In this document: in pieces, positions 38,656 through 53,300 of the stretch
Position numbering within the stretch: position 1 is the first letter of the stretch
How the letters are laid out: the number at the start of each line of letters is the position of its first letter
Assembly: GCA_001662655.1 (NCBI GenBank)
Contig: KV460265.1
DNA length: 64,000 bases
Strand: one strand, 5' to 3'
Source of the DNA: Pseudogymnoascus verrucosus
Taxonomy: Eukaryota
Notes under the pieces: model-generated
Database searches by the model: none
What the model was told of the DNA's origin: nothing
The model's input: only the letters and a program-made list of their open reading frames with translations
Program-made: the position numbers and the translations under genes

Positions 38656-40525
38656 ATGACTGCAGAAGTCACATCTTTCCTCCCATATCACGAGCCGGGT
38701 ATTGTGACTATCCTCATCCAATCATCGTTTATTCTCATCCTCAATGTCGTCAATACTCTCTTCGACAAGTTGATCTTTTGCGGTCTGCTTGGCCAGGTAT
38801 TTATTGGCGTAGCATGGGGGACTCCTGGTGCGAAATGGCTTGGTCAGGAAGTTGAGAATGTGATCGTCCAGCTGGGGTACCTGGGATTGATCCTCTTAGT
38901 CTATCAAGGTGAAAATCCCCAGCTGTATGTGAAAGTCAGCTCCAATTAACACTTGCAGGCGGCCTGGATACGAATTTCCGTTCCATCAAGGCAAACTTTT
39001 CTCTCTCTGTTGCAGTAGCAATAACTGGGATTGGCTTTCCCATAGCTCTTTCCTTTGTGCTGCAATCAGTCGTTGACACAACGCCCATACAAGCTTTCGC
39101 GGCTGGGGCTGCGCTCTGCTCAACCAGCCTAGGAACAACGTTCACTATTCTCAATGCCAGTGGGTTATCAACCACTCGGCTTGGCACGGTCCTGAGCAGT
39201 GCGGCAATGATGGATGATGTCGTTGGCCTGGTCATGGTTCAGGTGATCTCCAATATTGGAGAGAACTCAGAGTCATTCGGCGCCGTTACGGTTGTTCGCC
39301 CTCTTGCCGTGTCTTTTGGTTTGGCGATTGTTGTTCCTCTGGCTTGTCGATTGGTTGCCCAACCTCTAACGACATGGCTTAACGGAGCAAGAAAATCCAG
39401 TCCGAATGGTGCTTTAAACAAGCTATGCCAGGCGACGCATACCGCATTTATTATTCACACACTGGTGCTGGCAGCGCTCGCTACTGGCGCTACTTATGCT
39501 GGTACTTCCAATCTCTTTGCTGCTTACCTGGCTGGAGCGTCGATTAGTTGGTGGGATAGTGAAGTTCCGCATCTGGATTCGGCCAAAGTGGGCTGTTCAC
39601 ACGATTCCCCAAGTTCGCCGGTTGAGCACGGAACCTCCGCTGGTAGTACAGGGTCGCCAAATCCGTCTTCGAGGGATGAGGTAGGCCCTAGTATGGAAGG
39701 TGAGGCAACTGCTAGGGAGACCACCCCCAAAGAGCAGAGTGAGTCAATCGCAAGCAGTGGCATTTCTGTATACCACAGATACTATGCGATAGCGGTTCAA
39801 CGGATTCTACAACCGTTCTTCTTCGTAGGTCACTTTCCCATACTTTCTTTATCATTCAAAGCTAAACAGAACCAACGGCTTCGATTGGTTTCGCTATTCC
39901 AGTTACAGATATGTTCAGCGGTTCAGTCGTCTGGCGAGGTATTGTCTATACAATCCTTATGCTCTTCGCTAAACTCGTCACGGGCTTATGGCTGGTACGC
40001 CTGGATATTTCTTTAATGAAGGTGATTCCCATGGGCGTGCGCTCTTCTATATTTGGGGGTGGAAAAGCCAAAAAAGAGGTGGGTAGTACTGCAGGTGCTC
40101 CTGATACTCACGAATTGCAACCTCAAGGCGACGCTTCAGTACGGCCTCCCACGGAGGAAAACACCACGGCCAAAAATCAGAGGACTGAACCAAGCTCCGT
40201 ACGCTCCACAGAGACTCTTACCAAGCCCAGGAACCCACGTTCCCTCTACCCAGCAGCAATGCTCGGCACAGCCATGACAGCTCGTGGAGAGATCGGCTTC
40301 CTCATTGCCTCTATAGCTGAGACGACCGGCCTCTTTGCCTCATCTTCGAGACCAAGCAATGGTAGCTCGGAGATATATCTGGTGGTCACTTGGGCTATTG
40401 TGTTATGTACTATTATCGGGCCGTTGGGGGTTGGGACTCTGGTTAAGAGAGTGAGGAGACTCCAGAGCGAGAGGGCGAAAACACCCGGGGCGAGCGATCC
40501 GCTGGGGATTTGGGGTGTCAGCTAG
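38656..40525 (+). CDS. CPA2-type cation/H+ antiporter (Na_H_Exchanger family); second intron lacks a canonical acceptor
   Basis: LPYHEPGI, GLILLVYQG|GL, AGAALCSTSLGTTF, AAMMDDVVGLV, PFFF|ASIGFAIP and MTARGEIGFLIA, with many TM segments. Confidence 0.85.
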
Positions 40526-42035
40526 AGGATTCTATTTGTGTTATTATGGATGGCGAAGTCAGCGATCATTGTCTTTCTTTGGCGTGTATGACATCTCATA
40601 AGCCCGTTCTTTCGGCGAGATGAGAAAATCCGACCGGGAACAAATCCTACCGAGAACGCATGTGCCCTCGCCCCAAGAGAAATGATGCTGAGCACGATGA
40701 TATATTCATTGGCTTGTAAATCACCGCGCACAATAGACAATGGGACAGGTGGTTGTCTCAAACCCCCCATTCCGCGGCAGAATCCCAATGTTTGAGGAGA
40801 AACTCGTCATCTACGCCGCATTTATGACCCCTTCCACCACAACCACGCCAACGACTTCTGGAAAACGCCTCAATTTCCTTCTTCTCGTGTACTTTCCGTA
40901 GCCCATAAAACATTGCGCCCAAGAATATTGTGTCTTTCATTCAAATAGATAGGCGAGATTACTGTCGCGATGGCCGTGACGTCAGAAATCTACGAGGTTG
41001 GGGCAGACTGAGACATCGCCGAAGCACGTCGCATGTATCCTGTCCATCTGACTCCCCTCAATCCTCACCGTGACACCCAACTTCCCGCACACACGACTCA
41101 AGGTAACAGTAACCTCCATACACATAACCCCCTCCACCAAAAAATCTTCAGGTCTCGGAATCCCCCCTCCCCCCCCCTTTTTCCATGACAGTTCTCACCC
41201 ACACACACCAAACCCTCGTTTCACACACCACAACATTAACATTTCATTATCCCCCGAAAAACACACAACATGTGTGCGAAACAACAACCACCTGGCGTGC
41301 TAATAAGGTTTCGCCCGAACCTAGTCCTGGCGCTGGGATAGATAGAGTAGCCCATCCATCCAGCCACGCCCCCTTCCCCACCCCCTCTCCCCCCCTTGCC
41401 TTAACAGCCCTACACCGCAATCCACAGCGTCGTATCCCGCGTCCGCTCTACAGCGCGCGCGCACGCCACACGCACCACGCACCCCTGCGGCCGGGCCGAC
41501 CTATCAAGTGTCCACCTCTGGGAGTATGTCACCCGATCGGGCGGCGCGAGGTGGGCGATCAGCTCGATCGGGGGGGATGCTCGTGCGCATTTCGATCGAT
41601 GGTGGCAGCTCTGGGCAGGCTTGGGAGGGGAGGTGCGTGAGGGGGGCGGTTTGGGGTGGTGGTGCAGGGGGAGGGAGTGGTGGTAGTGGGGGGTGGGAGT
41701 GGAGGCAGGGGGGAAGGAGGGGGAAGAGTGGATGACAATGCAGGTGCGACGCGAGTGTGCGGGGTGGGGGGGACGTCATGGAGGTAATCATGGGACACGG
41801 GGTGTTGATGTGCAGGAAGGAAGGCTGATGAGGTGTGGAGGGTTGTGTGAACGGGGGATTTATGGCATATAAGAGAGAGGTGTTTGTGCTCTCTTGAACG
41901 GGGAGTTTGCTGTTTCTATAAACTACTTACAAACACAAAGACTTTGATGGGATTTTCACAGGTTTATCATATTGGTTTTCTCTTATCTATATTTTCTTCT
42001 TCTTCTTCTTGGATTCTGATTCACTGGTGGTAACG

Positions 42036-43465
<1,430 letters not shown>

Positions 43466-45342
43466 TCCGGCGGCAGGGAAGTAAAAAGGGGGGGGGAGGG
43501 GGAGAGGGAGGGAAGGAAGGGGGTGAGTGACGGGGGGTGCGCTTCTCACGTTTGGATGTTTTATGTGTATATGATTTTTTTGGGAGATTGAAAGGGGGGG
43601 AGTAAATGGCAGTGCTTCTCATGTTATATGATGTTTTTGGGAGATTGAGATGGGGGGGGCTAAACGGCAGTGCCTCTCGTGGTATATTAATGACTAAATA
43701 GTATAGTATATGCGGTTGTTAGGTCGAAGATGTATGCATTGAATCTTTACTATGAGATACCAGTCAGGGGCCAAGGAGATAGCCAGGAATGGGAAGTCAC
43801 GATTACCGATTATATCTAGGCGTCTCTTAACCCGCGATGCATTTTGAGAATCTCGCACGTGGCTTACAATTGATGGAGACTGACCAGCCAGTCCCTACGT
43901 AACCCGTGACTCTAGGTTTAGACACGTGATATACATATCTGATATCACGTGATTTTATCTTATCTCCCACGCCCAACTCCACAGCTCATCAATCTCGCAT
44001 TAAGATTACAGTAGCATCAGCCTCACAACACAACATCATCTGTAGACGCAATGCAGACGCAGGTCTCGTCAGACATGGCCAACATCAGCAGCTACAACCT
44101 CTCTCGGCACTTGATCCGGCGATGTGTGGTGGCACAACCTCCTGTTTACGGTTTGCAGTACATCTCACGTGATCACCGTGTCGCCGCACCTGGGATTGTT
44201 ATGTCTGGTTTCTGGGAGAGAGATGGTGTGTTGGGGGATTATTTGTTTGGTGGTGAGGTATTTTATTAGTGAAAGAGTGAGTGAGTGTATGAGCGATTAT
44301 TTGCGTTGTGAGACTGGATATATATTATGATATATTTATATGCTGTATGCTGTATGCTGTATGGACTGGAAATATCAGGTGATGCTCGTTCGAAGCTGAA
44401 GACAGGCAGCTAGCAAGATCAATCAGATATGATCAAGGAATTCTGTTGGGAGCAACAGAGCAATAAGACGGTGAAGACCCGGAAATAGTATTACACGCCT
44501 CAAGGAATGCCAAGACTCATAATGCATGTACGACAGCGGAGACAGCGGACAGTCATCGTCGGGGGACGGCGGAACTGGCGGAACTGGCGGAACATTCGGA
44601 GATTTAATTGGCCGACACCTGGTAGACACCCACTATTTTCCACACCTTCCCTGCGAGATCCCGTGATCCCCGACGCTAAGGTTTTATGAAGGGTAAAAGT
44701 AGTAAAGTAGGGTTACTATACAGATCTTTTGTAAGGGTTCTATGCCATCACCGTCACTCACCCACCTACTGAAAGCTGCAAATCTGATCATCTGATAAGA
44801 AAGATTGATCAACACATCAACTACCAAGCATCATCATCATCATTCCCGCTTTCCCACTATACTACCCCTCTTACATACATACAACTTGCATTACCCCCCA
44901 CGTACATATACACATACACACACATTACACATATATACAGAATATACAGATCCTATAGCTGCACAATCCTGCAGCTACTAGGTAGACCCTACCACCTCCC
45001 CCATTCCACATTATACATCTGCATCTGCATACAGAGAGACACAGAGAGTACAGACTTTATACACGGTCATATCGCATCGCATCGCATCTCTTCCCAGTGA
45101 CACCAGAGCACAAGAAACACCAACGACCATCACTACCCTCTTCGGCATAACACAACCGCAACCTGCATTACTGGGTCCCCATTACTGGCCCCCAAAAAAG
45201 CAAATAAAAGACCCCCAGTCTCACACTTCAGCTCCCCTCTCCAGCGCCTCGCACCGCCTCGCCTCGGGGGCTATTCCCCACTCTCTTAATCCCCAGCGGG
45301 CCCCATCAGGCTGGTCATGTTGCACCACCAGCCTAGCTGCAT

Positions 45343-48300
45343 ATGACATCTCGCACCACCTACCCCATCCCTCACCGGACCGCGAAGAATGGGAATGGTG
45401 CTGCTCGGCTTAACGTCCATGGTCCCGACGACGGATTATCCTACTCTCTCGACACCATCTCCCCCAGTACCGACGCCGACGACAACGAAGACGACCACCA
45501 CAACGACATCCCCGCCGACGACGACGACTCAGACGAGCGCACACGACTCACTACAGCCCCGCCAGACGATGCGGAACGGCGCACAACAACAGATCTAGAG
45601 ACCACATCGAGCGAGAGCCCGCGGATGTCGAAGGCGCCGCTGCTGCTCCGGACCAGTCCGGGGATGGGGACGGGGTCGTATGGAGCTGCGCCCGTGGGAC
45701 ACTCGACGGATGAGGACGAGGGCGAGGAGGAGGTCTTGCGGCGGAGAAACAAAAAGGCCGCGAGCAGACATACAGTGAGCTCCTCGCGGCGGCGGAGGAG
45801 GAGGGCAAGTGGCAGTGATGCTGGTGGGGGTGCGGAGGGCAGTGGAGCTGCGCCGAGTCCGACGTCGACGAGGAGACCGAGTATTTCCCTCGTGGCGAGC
45901 ACGGCGGCTATGGAGGGCGTGGAGGGCTTTGGGATGGAGAGTCGGTTTGGGGTTGGGAAGCTGCCCGTCTCGCCGGGATCGGACCATTCGTCGAAAGATG
46001 GACTTGACGAGGACACCGACCCAGATGATCTCTTCAACGACGAGGATCCCCCGGATAACTCGAGGTACTCGCAAGTGAGGGCTTCGGTGTCAGCGCTGGA
46101 CGATCTGTCGCTGTCGATCAACACGCCGCGCATGTGGACGCTCTCGATGCTGTTTGCAATAATGGGATCGGCCACAAATCTCTTTTTTTCTCTTAGATAC
46201 CCCAGCGTTTCCATTACGCCCGTCATTGCGCTCCTGCTCGTCCACCCGCTGGGTCTGATGTGGGACACGTTTCTCAAGCGACCAGGTGACCCGGAAGTCA
46301 TATATATAGAAGGTTACAGATCCATGTCGCCCTCGTCCGACGATACTACCCTCGACACCGACAGCGCGGACGACTCGCAGCGGTCGACGTCGTCGTCGAC
46401 TCTAGAAGGCAAAGAATCTCGGCGGCACCGGCTACGTCTTTGGCTCGCCCAAGGCCGCTGGAACGGAAAGGAGCACAGCTGCGTCTACATCGCCAGCAAC
46501 GTCTCCTTCGGATTCGCCTTCGCCACTGACGTGATCGTCGAGCAAACGCACTTCTACAACCAGCCCGTCACAATCACGTACCAAGTCCTCCTCATCCTCT
46601 CCACCCAAATCCTCGGCTACGCCTTCGCCGGCCTCTCCCGACGCTTCCTCGTCCGCCCCGGCGGCATGATCTGGCCCGGCACCCTAATGCCAGCAGCCAT
46701 GTTCACAACCCTGCACAAAGAAGAAAACAGCATCGCGAACGGCTGGACCATCTCGCGATGGAAATTCTTCTTCGTAGTCTGGCTCTCCGCATTCGCATTC
46801 TACTTCCTCCCCGGCCTCCTCATGCCCGCCCTCAGCTACTTCAGCGTCATCACCTGGTTCTGGCCCGACAACGTCGTCGTCGCTAACCTCTTCGGTGTCT
46901 CCTCGGGCCTGGGACTGTTTCCCGTAACCTTCGATTGGGCGCAGATCGCTTACATCGGATCCCCCTTGACCACGCCGTTCTGGGCAGCTATGAATGTCGT
47001 CGGTGGTCTGGTGGTGGTTATGTGGATCATAGCGCCTATCTGCTATTACAACAACGTCTTCTACTCAGCATACATGCCCATCCTCTCCTCCGCCGTCTTC
47101 GACAACACCGGCAAAGTCTACGACGTCGCTCGCATCCTCACACCAGACTTCCTCTTCGATCGCGCAGCATACGAATCCTACTCCCGCGTCTTCATGCCTA
47201 TAACCTACATCCTCAGCTACGGCTTGCAATTCGCCGCTCTCGCGTCCCTACTCACCCACACAGCCTGCTGGCATGGTCGCGATATCGTGAGGCAGTGGAG
47301 AAACTCTTTGGAGGAGGTGAGGGGACAAGCAAAGATTGGGTATGAAGCCGTACCCGGGGCGCCGTTGCCGAGGGGGAGACGCGGGAGGAGGGGGAGGAGA
47401 GTTAGTATTGAGCCGGGGGTGGAGGATACGTTGAATCAGGAGGATGTGCATAATCGGTTGATGAGGAGGTATAATGATGCGCCGATGTGGTGGTATTTGG
47501 CGACGTTTGTGAGCATGACTGCTATTGGGATTTTTGTGGTGGAGTAGTACGTTTCCGTTTCCTTCTTACTTCACTTACCCTCTTCCTTTTGATTTGAAGA
47601 TGTTTCGATGTAAAAACACAACTAACACCCCAAAAGCTACCCAGTCCACCTCCCCTGGTACGGCCTCCTCCTCGCCCTCTCCCTCTGCGCCCTCCTCTTC
47701 ATCCCCACCGGCATCGTCGCCGCAATAACCAACCAACACTCCTCCACCTACCTCATCAACCAACTCGCCTGCGGCGCCCTCTTCCCCGGCCGTCCCGTTG
47801 CAAACATGGTCTTCGTGACCTACGGCTACATCTGCTCCGCGCAAGGCATCAAATTCTCCTCCGACCTAAAGCTAGGGCATTATATGAAGATCCCACCACG
47901 ATTGCTGTTTTCGGTACAGATGGCGGCGACGTTGGTTAGCAGTTTGACGCAGATTAGTGTGTTGAATTGGATGTTTGCTAATGTGAAGGGGATTTGTACT
48001 ACCGAGGCTGTGAATGGATTCTCCTGCCCCCTAGCGCGGGTCCACTTCAACGGCTCTATACTTTGGGGTGTCGTCGGGCCCGGCGAATTCTTCGGCCCAA
48101 ACGCCACTTACCGGCCCTTAGTATGGTGTTTCCTCATCGGCGCCATCGCTCCCCTCCCTTTGTGGTGGTACAGTCGACACCTCAAATCCAGCATCGTGCG
48201 ACACATCAACCTTCCCGTGCTCTTCGGGTCGCTCTCCTGGATCCCACCCGCCACTGGTCTCAATTTCTCGGTGTGGGCGGTGGTGTGTTATATCTTTAAT

Positions 48301-48540
48301 TATAGGATCAGGAGGAGTGCGCCGGAGTGGTGGGCGAAATACACGATGACGCTTAGTGCGGCCCTCGATTCGGGACTGGCGTTTGGGGTGGTGGTTATCT
48401 TCTTTGGGGTGCTGTATCCGGGGTGGGCGGAGGGGTGGGGGTGGTGGGGGACGGAGGTTTATAAGAGGGGGTGTGATTGGAGGGCTTGTAGTTGGTTGGG
48501 GGTGGAGGAGGGGGGGAGGTTTGGGCCGGATAGGTGGTAG
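45343..48540 (+). CDS. OPT-family oligopeptide transporter (2 exons)
   Basis: DNSRYSQVRASV...NTPRMW, WNGKEH, IWPGTL, FDWAQI, GRPVANMVF, DLKLGHYMKIPPR and LSAALDSG. Intron at about 47547-47636. Confidence 0.93.
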
Positions 48541-49367
48541 GAGTTGAAGTTGGATTTGAAAGAGGGGAGTTGGATTTGAAGGGGGAGAGAGAGAAGGGGG
48601 GGGCAGCATGTTCACGTTTATAAGAGCGCCGCGATGCATTGCGTTTTCGGGCATGGATTGGATGGGTTGAATGGGCGTGTTGGGATTGGGTTTGCGTTGG
48701 GTTTAGATTACATAGTACTATACAAGCGCGCATGCATGATTGATATGAATCGAGAAATCTTAGTTAGAGAGACGGCGGGGGGGTGGGTATGGAATTACTA
48801 TTACTCTCTCTCTCTCGCTCCTACTACTTTGCAGAGATGCTTGATCTACAAATGCTTGTGACTGAGTTACGCATCACTCTTACCTATCTCGGCGCATACA
48901 TAGCGACTCTGTCAACCTTCGAAGCATTCTAGCACAGATGTGAATAAAAAAACCTTTTCCAGGATTTTATCAGAAGTTTATAAATTTATAGCAATTACGA
49001 ATAAACTTCCATCAGCAGGATTTTATTATAGCAAATAAATAAAGTCTTTTGATTAATATACCCACTTAGAGATCTGATTATCATCATAACTCTATTATAC
49101 AGGCTACTGACTTTGATTATAGCTAGAAAAATATTAATATAAACCGAGAATCTTAGCTAGAAATACAGGGGGTATATAATTACTATTACCCTCCCTCTCT
49201 CTATCTTATTATACAGAACTGCCCAAGGTGAATGTATTCACCATTTCAACACCTCCCCTCCTCAGCCCGTCCCTCACCCACCCCCCCCGTCGCCGCCCCT
49301 ATCCCCCTACCCCCCTCCTTCCTCCTTCCTCATCCCCCTCCACCCCCTTCCTCACATCCCACCCCCC

Positions 49368-49986
49368 TCAAAACTCCCCCTCCGCCCAACTCTCCCTCCT
49401 CATCCTCCGCCCATCCACATACCCCTGAATCGTAAACGTAGATAGAAGGGCGTGGAATATCCTACATACAGCCGCCGCTGGTTAGCCGATCCACTATCTC
49501 TAGGTCGGCGGTGGGTATTGGGGGGCCTTACACGATGACGTTGAGTAAGATGATACAGCCGCGGGGGGCCTGGGGGGGTGGTTGTCCCTCCAGCGCCGCG
49601 GGTGTGTAAGAAAAGAGAACACGAGATGCGCTGAACAGAACGAGGGGCGAAAGGTTGAGCAAAATATCAAAATTCGGTTTCCTCCTCAGAAGAGCGATGA
49701 GCGTGATCAAATCACTAGAAGTACCTATAACAAGCTAATCGGGGTGTTAACTTTTCTTCCCCCCCTCTTTTTTTGAGCGGCAGCGGAAGGGGTGGGTGGT
49801 GGTGTAGGGGGGCATACATACGCAGGAGACACCGAGGAAGTAAGTGGGAGTGCTTAGGATGGAGGGGGTGGAGGGGGCGGAGAAAAAGGTGTAGAGGGAG
49901 GGAAGGGTGGAGAGGGCGAGGGGGAGGGGGGAGAGGCGGAGGAGGGTGAAGAGAGTTAGGCCGATGGCGGCGGGGAGGGAGGCCAT
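49368..49986 (-). CDS. Small hypothetical membrane protein, 153 aa (3 exons)
   Basis: Exons 49986-49822, 49734-49532 and 49461-49368 join in frame via GTATGT...TTAAC...TAG and GTAAGG...GCTAAC...TAG introns. Several hydrophobic segments. Confidence 0.65.
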
Positions 49987-50280
49987 GGCTTGTTGTGTTT
50001 GGGAGGGAGTGGTGAGGAGGAGTTGGGTTTGGGGAGATATGGCGACTTAAGCAAGCGTATTCATGGCGATGCTGGAGAGTTATACATTTTTCATGCACAG
50101 CCCGGTGAACACAGCCTCAGTCCTGGTATGGTAATTGAGCCGCGCTTTCCTAATATGTCCAAGTATATACAATAGTAGGGCAAAAAAAACAAAGAAGAGT
50201 TGCTTTCTCTAGCGGATACCTTTATCTCGAACAAATAAAAAGAGGTAAAAAATTATAAACAAAAAAATAAAGTATTGAAG

Positions 50281-50361
50281 CGACGTGTGCAGGATTTGAA
50301 CCTACGCGGCCGAAACCATATGATTTCTAGTCATACCCATTAACCACTCTGGCAACACGCC
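50281..50361 (-). tRNA. tRNA-Ser (anticodon AGA)
   Basis: GGCGTGT/ACACGTC acceptor stem, D-loop AGTGGTTAA, anticodon arm TATGA-CTAGAAA-TCATA, long variable arm, GGTTCAAATCC T-loop, G discriminator and a downstream T-run terminator. Confidence 0.95.
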
Positions 50362-53300
50362 TTGTGTACTTTGTGTGACTGTGGGCGAGTAAAGGGGACT
50401 AGAAACCACTCACGATTCAATCCTCTGCTGTGGATATTCAAATCTTCGCACATGCCCGCTTCTCGTTGAATTTTCGAAAGTTTTTTTTGTGGGGGGGAGG
50501 GGTAGCTCGAAGAAACGCGGCCGACTAGTTAGTCGTCGAGGTGGGGGGACTTGGGCGAGGGACGGACCGGTAATAGCACCGGCGGCGGCGGGAGGTACGA
50601 GATGTGGTGAATTGGGATGGATGGGAGCGGAAAAGAGGACAGACGACGTGGCCATTGAAGAAAATAGCCAAAACCCGGATCACCGCCCCGGCGGCTTTGG
50701 AAGTTCCATCCTCCATCCTCCATCCTTTCCGCCAGAAATTATCACCTTCCGCGCCGTGCACCGTAGACATATCTTGAGGGACACGTTTCAGGGTCGACGA
50801 TGGGGATTCGCTGCACGTGCCGCCGTCAGTAGGATACAGAAACTATAAGACATGCTTGGTGCTGATAGTGTGCGGCGGGTGAGTAGGGCTAGTTATAACT
50901 AGTTACGTTAGGGCAGTAGTAGAGATGCAGCAGATGCGTAGCCCTGGAGGACGACGGACCCCACCAAGAAACTCCCACATTGTGAGAACCAACTCCGGAA
51001 GCAGATGGGAAAGATAGTTGGCATCGTGAGTCCACGGAGCGTATCTCGAGACCGCAAGGCATATTCCGATCGCGGCGGATCTGCTGCCCCGCTCGAGATA
51101 CGCGGTCAGACTCTGGTAGCTAGGCTTCTTCGCATATGAGAGCGGTGAGCAAGGCTCGGTCTTCTGGGGTTTCCACGCCCGATTGTGTCACGGCCGTATC
51201 GTATCATAAGTCCACGACTATCACGATGCAGAACCGGAGACGGACGGATTCATATTCCCAGCGCCGGAGTCCCCGTAGCGTAACTTATGCGGATGTAGAA
51301 CTTCGCAAACCAGAGGGGTACAGGGATGGGGCGATCAATGGGTAGCATCTCGTCGTTGCTATGACGAGATATCAATGCCATGTTCATGTTCGCCTTAGTA
51401 TTTTGATGCCAGGCAGCACTCCACGACCTATGCTGCGCCGCGCGCGCGATGGTTCAACGCCGCATCGCATATCATAGCTTCGCGGCGCATTGTGGCGGCG
51501 TCTGTACATGCATTATCGTCCTTGCCCTCCGTTTTCCTACGGATCTGAGCGTGCGTGTGGACAGGGGCTCGTATGGGTTGAACGATGCGGAGGAAAGCCG
51601 CGGTTACCAGAATGCTGAATATCGGGACTGAGGGACTGGGGGGATGGTTGGTTGATAAACCGAGGTTGTACGTGTGAGGGGATCAACCAAGTGGCGGTCT
51701 GGGGAAGCTGGCGAGGAAAGGGTAGGAGCTGAGCCGAATGAGAAGGAGAGGGGTTTTGATGGATGGGATGGATGGATGGTGTAGGTGTTCACTGTAGCTT
51801 GGTGTGCTGGTGTGTTGGCGTTGAAGGATATGAAAGGGTTGGGAAGGATATGAAAGGAATTGTTGGGAAGCGAAATCCTGATCTGATGCTACACAGGTGG
51901 GATTGGGAGATTGATATCGATACCAACATCGATATATCTCGCAAGGTGTCAGTTGAATAAAATGAGAGTGTGTGTGTGAGGGAGGTGGGTGGGAGAGGGC
52001 TGGGCTCTGAGAGAAAATGGAGCACACGACACAACAGCCGTCGCTCCCACACCAACCCTCATTTCCCCATATTTTCATCCATCTTATCACCGCTCATCCC
52101 TCTCGACCACTCTCCGCCGTCCATGTCTGCACGAGCTCGCAATCGGCAGCTGATATGGTATCAGCTATCAGACAGTAGCTATCAGATCTCGCGGCTGTTT
52201 TACGTGATCGTAACCATGCGATGTTCCCCCCTGGATTCAGTGCTGTGCAGTAGGTATAGTTGCACTGCAGCACACTACAGCAGAGGAGTAAAATAGGGCA
52301 TGTACCAGCAACTGTGGTGCTACTGTGCGACTCCTTCCCCATTACGGCACGGCGCACGCCTTTCGTGCAACCCCACTATCTCCATCTATCTCCATGTCCG
52401 ACTGGTATCAGATTAGATTAGCAGAAAGCCGTTTGTTGTGGGCGGAATATCAATGGGATATCTCGTCGCATATCTCATGGGATTGGCAACATCGAATCTT
52501 CGTTGACAGCAGGTTTGACAGTGACAAGAAGATCGGCGCGCGCCGATCCGTATCAGATAGGGCAGATAGGCGGAGAGATAGAGCGAACAGGACACGCCTC
52601 CTCCCGACGATCCACCGATCCGTCTCGTGGTGGCTGGTGGTGGCAACGCTGGTAAACGGACGGCGGCAGCTTATCATCCGGAACCGTTCGCGGGGTGGGT
52701 GTGTGGATGTGCGGTTTGAGAGCGGCTGTGAGTGATCTCCCGGTGTTACTCCTCCTGTAAGCAAGCCTCACGGCCATCTCTGGAGAACAATGCTCCTTTG
52801 GGGACGATGAAATAAGATGAAACGGAAGCTCAATGAACGAGCGACGAGATGAACGGAACGTGAGCACATAATGGCGTCATATTGGATCTTATCAAGATGC
52901 AGCTCTGAGAAGTCGTACAGGAGAGTTTCGTTGTCGCATCGTGGCATGCTGGCCGTTGTGTAAGGGTAGATGCCTACAGTGCCAGAGTATGTACCCTGGC
53001 TCCCCTGTACTTCGTTCCATGGAAGGATCTGTAACGTGTGTCTGAGCGCCCCGATGAGATCCGGCGATACTTTGGCCTGAGTACGCCTCGTCGACGAGTC
53101 AGTGGTTAGTCAACATTCGTATCAGGAGATTGATGGCCCGCATCGTCTCTTGTTAATCAACCGGACACGCAGCGCGTGGTACCGAGCAGATGGGAGGGAG
53201 GGAACGGAGATATTTGCAGATACCGCGGGGAGAGAGATGCATCCCCGAATGGACTTTCTTTCATACAGACAGTGCGTGCAGCGCATCGCAGCGCAGCGCA

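Noticed and set aside
51260..51345. RNase MRP/P-like GAGTCCCC...GGGGC
   Set aside because: The spacing and the conserved flanking motifs do not fit.
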